DNA from: Candidatus Latescibacterota bacterium
GTDB lineage: Bacteria > Latescibacterota > UBA2968 > UBA8231
Direction of reading: 5' to 3'
DNA length: 64,000 nt
Assembly: GCA_965217585.1 (NCBI GenBank)
Contig: OZ244561.1
Span: forward strand, 5,984,001 to 6,048,000
Both the position numbers and the translations under genes were made by a program. Each line of letters opens with the position of its first letter. The first letter of the stretch is position 1. The notes under the pieces are model-generated. The model ran no database searches, was not told where the DNA came from, and saw only the letters and a program-made list of their open reading frames with translations. Positions 47,011 through 55,963 of the stretch are shown one piece after another.

Positions 47011-47034
47011 TTATTAAGCTGTATCGTAATTGTT

Positions 47035-48156
47035 ATGCCTAAAGCGTATCAATATCGGCTGTATCCAAGCAAGCAACAAGCGCGTGTACTGGTTGAGCAC
47101 CTCGAAGCCTGCCGCCGCCTGTACAACTGCTTGCTCTGCGACCGAGTTCAGGCGTGGAAGGAGCGCCATGAGTCGGTTGGATACCTTGAGCAAAAGCGCA
47201 AGATTCCCTTTCTCAAGTCGGACTGGCCGCCTTTGGGAAAGGTTCATTCTCAGGTGCTGCAAAACGTGGCCATGCGTGTTGATCTGGCGTTTAAAGCCTT
47301 CTTCCGTCGCTGCAAAGAAGGTGAAGCCCCCGGCTTTCCTCGCTACAAGGGTGCAGGCCGATACGATAGCCTCACCTACCCACAACAGCCGGGATTCGAA
47401 CTCAAGGGCGAGAGGTTGCGCCTCGGTAAGGTTGGCTTGGTGAAGCTGCGCCTGTCCCGTCCGCTTGAAGGGACGCCAAAAACCTGCACTGTGCGACGTA
47501 GTGCTACGGGCAAATGGTATGCCTCGATAATCTGCGAGCAGGAAGCCAAGCCGCTGCCCGAATCGACCGAAGCGGTGGGCATTGATGTAGGGCTTGAGAA
47601 GTTTGCTGCCTTGAGCACAAGGGAGCAAATAGCCAACCCGCGCTTTTTTCGCACGGATGAGTGGGCACTAGCTAAAGCGCAGCGTAAGCTGGCTCGGTGC
47701 GAAAGGGGGACGCCGGAGCGAGCCAAGGCGCGGTGTCAGGTGGCGCGAGTGCATGAGCGGATTCGCTTCCGTCGGCTCGATTTTGCTCACCAGTTGGCGC
47801 GGAAGATGGTTGAACGCTTTGGCTTTATCGCGGTAGAGGATCTTAAAATCAATGGCATGGTACATAACCATCGCCTCGCTAAATCCATTCACGACGCGGC
47901 GTGGTCGCAATTTCGGCAGTGCCTGTCCTACAAAGCGGCAGAGGCTGGTAGGACGTTGGTAGCCGTGAATCCGGCCTATACCTCGCAGGATTGTTCTCAG
48001 TGCGGACACCGACAACGCAAGGCGTTGAGTGATCGGGTGCATGATTGTCCATGCTGCGGTCTTTCTATGGATCGAGATGAAAACGCTGCTTGTAATATCT
48101 TGAGATTGGGGCTGCAATCTCAGCCGGTTGAACCGGCAAGAATCCCTTGCCTTTAG
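47035..48156 (+). CDS. tnpB: RNA-guided endonuclease TnpB
   Basis: KAYQYRLYP HTH, RuvC-I GIDVG, RuvC-II AVEDL, zinc finger CSQCG/CPCCG, RuvC-III DRDENAA. Catalytic D-E-D intact. Confidence 0.96.
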   Translation: MPKAYQYRLYPSKQQARVLVEHLEACRRLYNCLLCDRVQAWKERHESVGYLEQKRKIPFLKSDWPPLGKVHSQVLQNVAMRVDLAFKAFFRRCKEGEAPGFPRYKGAGRYDSLTYPQQPGFELKGERLRLGKVGLVKLRLSRPLEGTPKTCTVRRSATGKWYASIICEQEAKPLPESTEAVGIDVGLEKFAALSTREQIANPRFFRTDEWALAKAQRKLARCERGTPERAKARCQVARVHERIRFRRLDFAHQLARKMVERFGFIAVEDLKINGMVHNHRLAKSIHDAAWSQFRQCLSYKAAEAGRTLVAVNPAYTSQDCSQCGHRQRKALSDRVHDCPCCGLSMDRDENAACNILRLGLQSQPVEPARIPCL

Positions 48157-48190
48157 GCTTGGGAACAGTCAAACAGTCAGGGTAACGTCG
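48020..48190 (+). ncRNA. Predicted omega/reRNA of TnpB (scaffold overlapping the tnpB 3' end; guide from the flank after TCAA)
   Basis: Inferred from known TnpB biology plus the right-end hairpin. The 5' boundary is a guess. Confidence 0.5.
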
Positions 48191-49026
48191 TCCATTTTGA
48201 CGACCTCTTTGACGTGGGTGTGGAACGCCGGCTCGGTCAGTTCGCGCGTCTCGGGTGAGAGGCGGTCGAGGACTTCCTGCGGAAACGGGTTGATACTGCC
48301 CCGATCATCGCGCCAGTCCTGAGTCTTATAGCGCAGGATGAGGAAGCGGCGATCGCGGTCTTGGGGTTTCCAGGTGAGGACGCCGTGGGTGAGCAATTCG
48401 CTCATGACCAGCATGTCGCCAGCGCGCGGGGTGATGTTGGCCAGCGCCGGGTGCAGTTCGGGCTCGCGGTCGTGGGGATCGACAAAGAATATCTGGTCGC
48501 GCGAGTCGGGGTGCTGGTGATTGTGGTAGCCGGGGCGTTCGAATTCGGCCTTGTGCGAGCCGGGCAGGACGACGATGCCGCCGTCGCCGGGAAAGACGTC
48601 GGTGAAGTACACGAAAACGATGAAATCGTTGCAGAAGATGCGGCCGTCGCGGACCTCGTAGCGCCGGGTCTGCCAGCCGCAGTCCTCGCGCGCGCAGTGC
48701 AACTGGCCGATGGTGGCATCTTCTCGGTAGCGGTTGACCACCAAGCTGCCGCGGTTGAGCCGGGGCCGGCCGCCGGTCAGTTCCTTGATGACGGGCCAAG
48801 AGGCCGAATGCATGGTCAGGGCTTCGAGCGATTTGTCAAAGGAGAAGCCGTTAGAGCAGCCACCACCGTCTGGGCCTTTGGCACAGCCGGGCGGCATTTC
48901 TTCTTTAGGGGTGTGGACTACACGCTCAACGGCCTCCTGGGCGTTGTTCAGTTCTTCCGCACTGAGGGCGTTGGGCAGATGAATGTACCCGGTTACGTCG
49001 AAGAGGTATCGCTGTTCGGGAGTCAT
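48169..49026 (-). CDS. PhyH-family oxygenase, MTPEQ subgroup (HCARE motif)
   Basis: MTPEQRYLFDVTGY, LHCARE, VLPGSHK, ELLTHG. AGGAGG SD; ATGA overlap with the upstream paralog. Confidence 0.9.
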   Translation of the reverse strand: MTPEQRYLFDVTGYIHLPNALSAEELNNAQEAVERVVHTPKEEMPPGCAKGPDGGGCSNGFSFDKSLEALTMHSASWPVIKELTGGRPRLNRGSLVVNRYREDATIGQLHCAREDCGWQTRRYEVRDGRIFCNDFIVFVYFTDVFPGDGGIVVLPGSHKAEFERPGYHNHQHPDSRDQIFFVDPHDREPELHPALANITPRAGDMLVMSELLTHGVLTWKPQDRDRRFLILRYKTQDWRDDRGSINPFPQEVLDRLSPETRELTEPAFHTHVKEVVKMDDVTLTV

Positions 49027-49844
49027 GGGGTTGCCTCCTCCTGAGGAGTCAGGGTGATTTGGTCTTTTTTGACGATTTCTTTGACGTGTTTATAGAATGC
49101 AGGTTCGGTCAGTTCACGCGTCTCAGGCGAGAGTCGATCGAGGATTTCCTGTGGGAATGTTCCCTGGCCAGCGTACTGGGGCTGGTATCTCAGGATGAGG
49201 AAGCGCCGGTCGCGATCTTTGGGCTTCCAGTGCAGGATGCCGTGCGTCAAAAGTTCGGAGATGAAGACCACGTCGCCGGCGCGCGGGGTGATATTGGTAA
49301 AGGCCGGATGTGGTTCGGGGTCGCTTTTATCGTCGACGGGTACGAAGAGATTCGCGGGACGTTCGAATTCGGCTTTGTGCGAGCCGGGGATAACCACCAG
49401 ACCGCCATCGCCGGGCAAGACATCGGTCAAATAGACGAAGGCGATAAACATATCGCAGTAGATGCGCTCGTCGCGGACCTCGTAGCGCGTACTCTGCCAG
49501 CCATACCCTTCGCGGGCGCAGTGCCAGACGCCGAAGTAATCGTGTTTGTGGGTGTTGACCGCCAAGGTGCCATTGTAGAGCCGGGGCTTGTCCGAGGTCA
49601 ATTCCCTGATGATGGGCCAAGTGACCGGGTGTAGGGCCAGGGCTTCGAGGGCTTTGTCAAAGGCGAAGCCGTAGATGTATTTCTCGGGGTTGTCTCCCTT
49701 GAAGCCGGGCGGCCGTTCCTCGTACGGGGTCTGGACATAGCGCTCGGCGGCCTCCTGAGCGTCTTGCAACTCCCGCTCGCTGAGGACATTTTGCAGGTGG
49801 AGATACCCAGTTACATCGAATAGATAGTGCTGTTCAGGAGTCAT
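49023..49844 (-). CDS. PhyH-family oxygenase, MTPEQ subgroup (HCARE motif)
   Basis: MTPEQHYLFDVTGY, WHCARE, VIPGSHK, ELLTHG. Confidence 0.9.
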   Translation of the reverse strand: MTPEQHYLFDVTGYLHLQNVLSERELQDAQEAAERYVQTPYEERPPGFKGDNPEKYIYGFAFDKALEALALHPVTWPIIRELTSDKPRLYNGTLAVNTHKHDYFGVWHCAREGYGWQSTRYEVRDERIYCDMFIAFVYLTDVLPGDGGLVVIPGSHKAEFERPANLFVPVDDKSDPEPHPAFTNITPRAGDVVFISELLTHGILHWKPKDRDRRFLILRYQPQYAGQGTFPQEILDRLSPETRELTEPAFYKHVKEIVKKDQITLTPQEEATP

Positions 49845-49866
49845 TTATTTTCCTTTCTAGCGGAGG

Positions 49867-52698
49867 TCAGGCACCGTAGCCGAGGAGGATGCGCAGGAAC
49901 ATGGAATGCACCTTGAAGTTGCGGCTCTGTTGGTGCGGGTCGAGGAAGCGAATCTTCTCGAAGGTCAGGCCGGCATTCATGATGAGTTCGTAGCCAAAGT
50001 ACTCGGAGCGATTGCTCAAGAGCAGGACGCGGTTTTGACGATCGAAGCTCTTGCTGGGGTCGGTCAAATCCCGGATCTGGTACTTGAGCCAGGGGAATCC
50101 CTGAATTCCACCTTTGACCGAGGTGCGCTCAGTCAGGCGGTACTCGGCTTTGAAGATGGGAATAAACTGGCGCTCGTGCTTCAGGGGAACATCGGTATGG
50201 CGGCGTTCCTTCTTTAAGTAGAGCACCTTGATCTGGGGGGCCACCCGCCAGTGTCGGCTTTCCCAGGTATAGCTGGCCTTGTGCACGCCGACCAAAAGGC
50301 GGATGCGGTCCTGGCGCTGGAAGGTGCCGTCGTCAAATAGGGTCTGGCGCTGGTCGTTGATTTCCAGCTTGATGCGGTTTGCCACCGCTAGTCTGGGCAG
50401 TCCGGTCAGGCGGGTGTTCAGGTAGGTGCGTTTTACCAAGCTGTTGCGATAGTTGAGCTCGTCGGCGATGTCGTCGGCGCCAAACTGGGGCTGGTAGTTC
50501 CCACCGCCCGCCGAGGCGAAGGGGCGGATCGTATCTTCTTTGAAGAGCAAGGTCTCATCCGGGATGTCGTCGCGCACCCGCTTGAGCTCGTGTTCCAGTT
50601 CAAAGGTTCCCAGACCGAATTGCGCCGTCCTGTAGTTGAGGCGCCCGTAGAGCATGTGGTTCCGTCGGCCACCGGCGATCTGTTCGGCGTGTAGCCGTCC
50701 CAGCATGAGCCGTAGCCGTGGCAGCGGCGCGAACCAGCCCATCAGGTGTGCGCCTTTGAGATCGAGATCGTAGGGATATTCGGGATCGAGGTCGTCCTCG
50801 CGTTCGTCCGGCACGTCGTTGTTGTCCATATCGGCCCCGTACACGTAGTTGTCCGACTCGACGTCGAACATCAGAAAAGGCTCGCGATAGTCGGGGATGT
50901 CATTGTAATTCTTGTTGGTATCGGGCAAACCATCCTGGTCTTCGTCTTTGCCCGGGAATATCCCGTCGATATCCTCGCTGTTGGGATTGCCGAACCAGAC
51001 ATCGGCATAGCGGTCGTGGTCGTCGTTGTCCTGGACGAGATGATAGACCGCGGATTCGTTGATGAAGCCCGTGCCCGAGAATCGCTGTTCGAGATTGTGG
51101 ACGGTCAGGAAGGTCTTGTAGTCGGGGCTCATGGAAAAGAGTTCGCCCCCCAATCCCCAGCGCTCAAAGTCCTTGGTGGCCACCGCGTACCAGGCGCGCG
51201 CCTGCTGGTTGTGCCGGGCACCGTTGAGGTCGATACCGGGAAACTGGTTGTGTTCCAAGCTGGTGGCGAATTCGCCCTGGATCTCGAGACCGCGAAAGTT
51301 GACGCTAGCGTCAAAGCTATAAATGGATAGCCCTGTGGGTGCCCCGTATTTGAACTTCACCCAGCGCACATTGGACAGATCTTGGACATTGCCCCGAGCG
51401 CGGGTGACCGTGCGGAAGAAGTCGGCGCGGAAGCGCCGCTCGTAGGGATCGTTGCGGGTCGTCTTTGGCTGTACGTCGGAGATGGATATATGGTAGTCGT
51501 TCCCCATCAGGAAGCCCAACTCCACTGCCTCGATATCTGCGAGATCGCCCAGATCAAAATAGTAGACTAGATAGTCCTCGCCATCGGCGGCATGTACTTC
51601 GTCGGCGAGGAGTTGCGCCCGGCTGGTCAGGCGTGGAATGCTGACCCGCCGGCTGACATCCACGCCGTCCAGATGGTCCTTCAAATACATATAGTCGGCA
51701 TAGAGCGGCAATTCCAATGGCACGGCCGCCACCTCCCAGATATCGCCGATTATTTCGCGGAAAGAACCAAATACCCTGTAGGTGGAATAGGGGGAAGCAG
51801 TGAACCGGTCGCCGACCGAAGTGCGCCCCACCGAGGTCTGCCGTGAGCTATAGCGCACTACGTCGGGACGTATATCCGGGCGTTCCCGGCCGCCAACCCA
51901 CACCTTCACATCAAAGACGCGCGGCCCGCCGCGGTCGTCCTCGGGCGATTCATCGGCGATTTTGACGGCCAGAAATCGGGGTATTCGGCGGGTGTTGGGG
52001 AAGGTGCCTTTGAGGCTCTCCTCGCCCCGGTCCAGATTCGTCGAGTGAATGTTCACGTAGGTAGCGCCGAGGTCGAACACCCCCAAACTGTGCTGGGCAT
52101 GGCCCCCCAGAATAAAGATCGGATTGAGCTTGTGACCGAGGCGCGAGCCGACGGTGGAAATCTGGGTGCGATCTTTCAGCCAATCGATCCGCAGGCCGTT
52201 AAACCCGCTCCAGTAGAGGGTGAGCGGCGTGAACATGGTGAGGATCTCATTGCCGTAGATGGCCCGCGCCGACCAGCCCTTGGCTGCATCGCTGGCCACG
52301 ATCACGCGGTCAAAGACATTGGCATAGCGTCCCTCTTGCAGTTCGAGTTCGCTCTGGCTGCGGCCCGTGGTGGTGCGGTCTTCCTGCCACTGGACCACGT
52401 CAAAACCGCTGATGAGGCGGTCGCCCAAAGGACCGTAAAAGGTGCGGCGCGAAGAGGTGTAGGGGAAAGACGCATCGTCGTAGTTGGCAAAGGGGTGGTG
52501 GGCGTACGTACTGAATCTGGGTGCCAGGGCCAGGAGAAGGGGGTGGGTGGGGTATATCTGCTCGACGGATACGTAGTCCTCTTCCGCTTCGTCTCTGTCG
52601 CGTCGCGAAGACTGGGCTGAGGCCGCGTCTGAACAGTACAGCATGGAAAGCGAGACGACGAGCACCAGACGCCGGATCACAGGAGCGTCAATCTTCAT
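49867..52698 (-). CDS. Uncharacterised ~940-aa exported protein, putative outer-membrane beta-barrel with Asp-rich loop (member 3)
   Basis: Signal peptide; FTPLTL..NGLRID; DNDDHDRYAD..FPGKDEDQDG..PDYREPFL; ends MFLRILLGYGA. Confidence 0.75.
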   Translation of the reverse strand: MKIDAPVIRRLVLVVSLSMLYCSDAASAQSSRRDRDEAEEDYVSVEQIYPTHPLLLALAPRFSTYAHHPFANYDDASFPYTSSRRTFYGPLGDRLISGFDVVQWQEDRTTTGRSQSELELQEGRYANVFDRVIVASDAAKGWSARAIYGNEILTMFTPLTLYWSGFNGLRIDWLKDRTQISTVGSRLGHKLNPIFILGGHAQHSLGVFDLGATYVNIHSTNLDRGEESLKGTFPNTRRIPRFLAVKIADESPEDDRGGPRVFDVKVWVGGRERPDIRPDVVRYSSRQTSVGRTSVGDRFTASPYSTYRVFGSFREIIGDIWEVAAVPLELPLYADYMYLKDHLDGVDVSRRVSIPRLTSRAQLLADEVHAADGEDYLVYYFDLGDLADIEAVELGFLMGNDYHISISDVQPKTTRNDPYERRFRADFFRTVTRARGNVQDLSNVRWVKFKYGAPTGLSIYSFDASVNFRGLEIQGEFATSLEHNQFPGIDLNGARHNQQARAWYAVATKDFERWGLGGELFSMSPDYKTFLTVHNLEQRFSGTGFINESAVYHLVQDNDDHDRYADVWFGNPNSEDIDGIFPGKDEDQDGLPDTNKNYNDIPDYREPFLMFDVESDNYVYGADMDNNDVPDEREDDLDPEYPYDLDLKGAHLMGWFAPLPRLRLMLGRLHAEQIAGGRRNHMLYGRLNYRTAQFGLGTFELEHELKRVRDDIPDETLLFKEDTIRPFASAGGGNYQPQFGADDIADELNYRNSLVKRTYLNTRLTGLPRLAVANRIKLEINDQRQTLFDDGTFQRQDRIRLLVGVHKASYTWESRHWRVAPQIKVLYLKKERRHTDVPLKHERQFIPIFKAEYRLTERTSVKGGIQGFPWLKYQIRDLTDPSKSFDRQNRVLLLSNRSEYFGYELIMNAGLTFEKIRFLDPHQQSRNFKVHSMFLRILLGYGA

Positions 52699-55546
52699 AG
52701 CCTAGGACGATGCGCATAAACATGGAGTTGATCTGCAAATTGCGGGTGCTCTGGCGCGGGTCGAGGAACTCGATCTTATCGAAGAGCAGGCCCGCGTTCA
52801 TGATGAGCTGGTAGCCGAAATACTCGGAGCGATTGCTCACCATGAGGATGCGGTTCTGGCGATTGACGCTCTGGCTCGGGTCGGTCAGATCCCTGAGTTG
52901 GTACTTGAGCCAGGGGAATCCCTGGATGCCGCCTTTGAACGAGGTTCTCTCGGTGAGGCGACACTCGGCCTTGAGGATGGGAATGAGTTGGCGCTCGTGC
53001 GTCAGGGGGACGCTGGTTTTCCGACGCGCTTTTTTTAGATAGAGTACCTTGAACTGGGGTGCTACTCGCCAGGGGCCGGACTGCCAGGTATAGCTGACCT
53101 TGTGCACTCCGGCCAGCAGGCGCACTTGGTCTCGGCGCTGGAAAGTGCCGTCGTCAAATAGACTTTCGCGCTGATTGTTGGTCTCCAGCTTGATTCTGTT
53201 GGTCACTTCCAGGCCGGGCACGGCCCGCAGGCGGGTGTCGAGATAGGTGCGGTGCACCAGACTGTTGCGATAGTTGAGTTCATCGGCCACGCGCTCGGAG
53301 CCGAACTGAGAACTGAAAAATCCGTCGCCAGCCGACTGAAAGGGGCGGTTTGTAGTCTCGCCAAAGCGCACGATCTCGTCTGCAATATCGTCGTGCACGC
53401 GCTTGACCTCGTGCTCCACTTCAAAGACACCTAAGCCAAAATGGGTCACGCGGTAATTCAAACGTCCATAAGCTACGCGGTTGTGGCGGCCGGCGGCGAT
53501 CTGCCCGCTGTGCAGCCGGCCCAACATCAGGCGCAGATGGCGCCAAGGCGCTACCCAGCCCATCAGGTGGGCCCCTGCGAGATCGAGGTCGTAGGGATAC
53601 TCCGGGTTGGTGTCGTCCTCGCGCACGTCGGGCACGTCGTTGTTGTCCATATCGGCGCCGTACACGTAGTCGTCCGACTCGATACCGAACATCAGAAAAG
53701 GCTCGCGGTAATCCGGCGTGAGGTTGTAATTCTTGTTGGTATCGGGTAGGCCGTCCTGGTCCTCGTCCTTGCCCGGAAAGATACCGTCGAGATCTTCGGT
53801 GCGCAAAAATCTGCCGGTTTCGCCGAACCACACGTCCGGGGCGCGGTCGTGGTCGTCGTTGTCCTGGACCAGCGGGTAGAAACCCGTGTCGTTGATCACC
53901 GCGCGGGTGTAGTCCCGGGCGGGGATGTTGGGCACATTGGCGATCAGGTAGGTTCTGTAGTCGGGTTGCATGGAGAAGAATTCGCCGCCCAGCCCCCAGC
54001 GCGCAAAAATCTTGTTGGCCACCAGGTACCAGGCGTGCCCCCGCTCGTTGAAGCGGTCGCCGGCGAGGTCGAGGTTGGGGAATTGATTGTATTCTAGGCT
54101 GCTGGCGAATTCGCCCTCAATCTCGAGGCCGTGAAAGTTGGCGTGGGCATTGACGCTGTAGATGGATAGTCCGGTGGGCGCGCCGTAGTGGAACTTTTCC
54201 CAGCGCACGTTGGACAGATCCTGGACATTGCCCGGGGCGCGAATAATGGTGCGGAAGAAGTCGGCGCGGTACTGGCGCTCGTAGGGGTTGTTGCGGCCCG
54301 CCTTGTTCTGCACCTCTGAGATGCTTATCTGATAGTCGTTACCCACTAGGAAGCCCAGTTCGACCGCATCGACTTCCTGCAGCTCCCGCATGTCGAAGTA
54401 GTAGATCAGATAGGCGTCGCCGTCGGCGCTGGCTACTGCGTCGGACACGATTTCAGCCTGCGCGGTCAGGCGAGGGATGTTGGCTCGCGTGCTCACATCC
54501 TCGCCGGCTAGGTGATCCCTCAGATAGAGGTAGTCGGCAAAGAGCGGGATCTCGCTTGGCTCGCCCAAGAGCCTGAAAACGCCGGGGGGGTTCTTGAACG
54601 CCGCGGAGTAGGGGTTGGGGGTGAAGCGGCCGTTCGCCGCGGTGCGGCCCACGCTCGTGTCCTTGGAGCGGTAGCGCACCACGTCGGGTCGGATGTCGTC
54701 GCGCCGCTCGCCGTTGATCCACACGGCCACGTCGAAGACTACGGGACCACCGCGCTCGTCTTCGGGCGACTCGTCCGACACCCTGATGGCCAGCCACAGG
54801 GGCGCTTTGCGGCTGGTGGGAAAAGCGCCCTTGAGACTCTCCTCTCCTTGGTCCAGGTTGGTGGAGTGGATGTTCACGTACGTGGCACCGAGATTGAGCC
54901 CGCCCAAGCTGCGCTCAAAGTGCCCACCCAAGATGTAGATTGGGTTGAGGTCGATGAAGGGGCCGGTGAGGCCCACCTCGCGAAAGGCGCCGCGCGGATA
55001 GCCCGGATGGCTGATGCGAGAGCTTATGACCGAGATTCGGTTCCGCTCGGTCATCCAGTCGAGGCGGATGCCGTTGAGGTTGGCCCAGTAGAAGGTCAGC
55101 GGCGTGAACATGGTCCTGATCTCATTGCCATATATGGCGCGTCCCGACCAACTCTTGGTGGCATCACTGGCGATGACCACATTGTCGAAGATGCCGTAGT
55201 AGCGGCCGTCGTGTTTGAAGAGCTGGCTGTCGCTGTCGCCGGTGGAAGAGCGGTTTTCTTCCCACCAGACTACGTCAAAACCGCTGATGAGACGGTCACC
55301 TAAAGGGCCGTAGAAGGTGCGGCGCGAAGAGGTGTAGGGGAAGTCCGAATCGCCGTAGTTGGTGAAGGGATTGTGGGCGTAGGTAGTAAAGGTAGGTGCT
55401 GGGTCCAAGAGTAAAAGGCGGGCAGGATAGACCTGCTCGACAGCGACGTAATCCTCGTCCTGCTTCAGACCTTGGCTGTAAGCTGATTCTGCGCAGTAGG
55501 CGGCGAGGAACAGGAAACTCGCGATTGTGGATCTTGTTCCTCTCAT
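52688..55546 (-). CDS. Uncharacterised ~950-aa exported protein, putative outer-membrane beta-barrel with Asp-rich loop (member 4)
   Basis: Signal peptide and the same motifs; ends MFMRIVLGYED. Overlaps the member 3 start by 11 nt. Confidence 0.75.
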   Translation of the reverse strand: MRGTRSTIASFLFLAAYCAESAYSQGLKQDEDYVAVEQVYPARLLLLDPAPTFTTYAHNPFTNYGDSDFPYTSSRRTFYGPLGDRLISGFDVVWWEENRSSTGDSDSQLFKHDGRYYGIFDNVVIASDATKSWSGRAIYGNEIRTMFTPLTFYWANLNGIRLDWMTERNRISVISSRISHPGYPRGAFREVGLTGPFIDLNPIYILGGHFERSLGGLNLGATYVNIHSTNLDQGEESLKGAFPTSRKAPLWLAIRVSDESPEDERGGPVVFDVAVWINGERRDDIRPDVVRYRSKDTSVGRTAANGRFTPNPYSAAFKNPPGVFRLLGEPSEIPLFADYLYLRDHLAGEDVSTRANIPRLTAQAEIVSDAVASADGDAYLIYYFDMRELQEVDAVELGFLVGNDYQISISEVQNKAGRNNPYERQYRADFFRTIIRAPGNVQDLSNVRWEKFHYGAPTGLSIYSVNAHANFHGLEIEGEFASSLEYNQFPNLDLAGDRFNERGHAWYLVANKIFARWGLGGEFFSMQPDYRTYLIANVPNIPARDYTRAVINDTGFYPLVQDNDDHDRAPDVWFGETGRFLRTEDLDGIFPGKDEDQDGLPDTNKNYNLTPDYREPFLMFGIESDDYVYGADMDNNDVPDVREDDTNPEYPYDLDLAGAHLMGWVAPWRHLRLMLGRLHSGQIAAGRHNRVAYGRLNYRVTHFGLGVFEVEHEVKRVHDDIADEIVRFGETTNRPFQSAGDGFFSSQFGSERVADELNYRNSLVHRTYLDTRLRAVPGLEVTNRIKLETNNQRESLFDDGTFQRRDQVRLLAGVHKVSYTWQSGPWRVAPQFKVLYLKKARRKTSVPLTHERQLIPILKAECRLTERTSFKGGIQGFPWLKYQLRDLTDPSQSVNRQNRILMVSNRSEYFGYQLIMNAGLLFDKIEFLDPRQSTRNLQINSMFMRIVLGYED

Positions 55547-55782
55547 GGCGGTACTCGGCTGGACTATTTGTCGGAGCCTTCAATCGCACCTGCGGGCACG
55601 CCCCTTCCGCAGGACTCGCGCCCAGCTCCAACTCGGTGCTGGCTATACAGCTATCTATCCAAATGCCTCTGGAAGCCTCTGTCAACGGTCGATGTAAAAG
55701 AAAGGTCACGGGACTCAGGCAAGCACGGGATGTTACAACAGGCAGTGGCGATAGCTCCGGCTGGCAAAGAAATAAAAATTTG

Positions 55783-55863
55783 TTGACTATCAGTAGGTAT
55801 AACTTTATATATAATATAGGCTGATATGTAAATGGGTTTACTGTTGCCTGCGTGTATACACGC
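55783..55863 (+). promoter_or_regulatory. Candidate sigma70-like promoter and palindromic operator in an AT-rich divergent intergenic region
   Basis: TTGACT (55783), 17 nt, then TATATA, with TATAAT at 55810. 14-bp palindrome gcgtgtatacacgc at 55850-55863. Confidence 0.4.
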
Positions 55864-55963
55864 GAAAAGGAAGACATAAAAAGCGGCATAAATAAAATTA
55901 GAACAATAAGTTGACCTATTTTCTTCCCAATCAATTCGCTTACTCCCAACAAGGAGGAGTATC

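Larger units (their letters stand above)
46777..48172 (+). mobile_element. IS200/IS605-family element, tnpB-only (IS1341-like)
   Basis: Left hairpin aatcccaagcctttaggctttgga (46783-46806) after TTAG. Right end GAATcccttgcctttaggcttgggaacagTCAA (48140-48172), the IS608-like GAAT/TCAA arrangement. No tnpA. Confidence 0.85.

Noticed and set aside
47035-48156. Possible Cas12f/type V CRISPR effector
   Set aside because: IS200/IS605 end hairpins are present and there is no array, so it is an ordinary TnpB.
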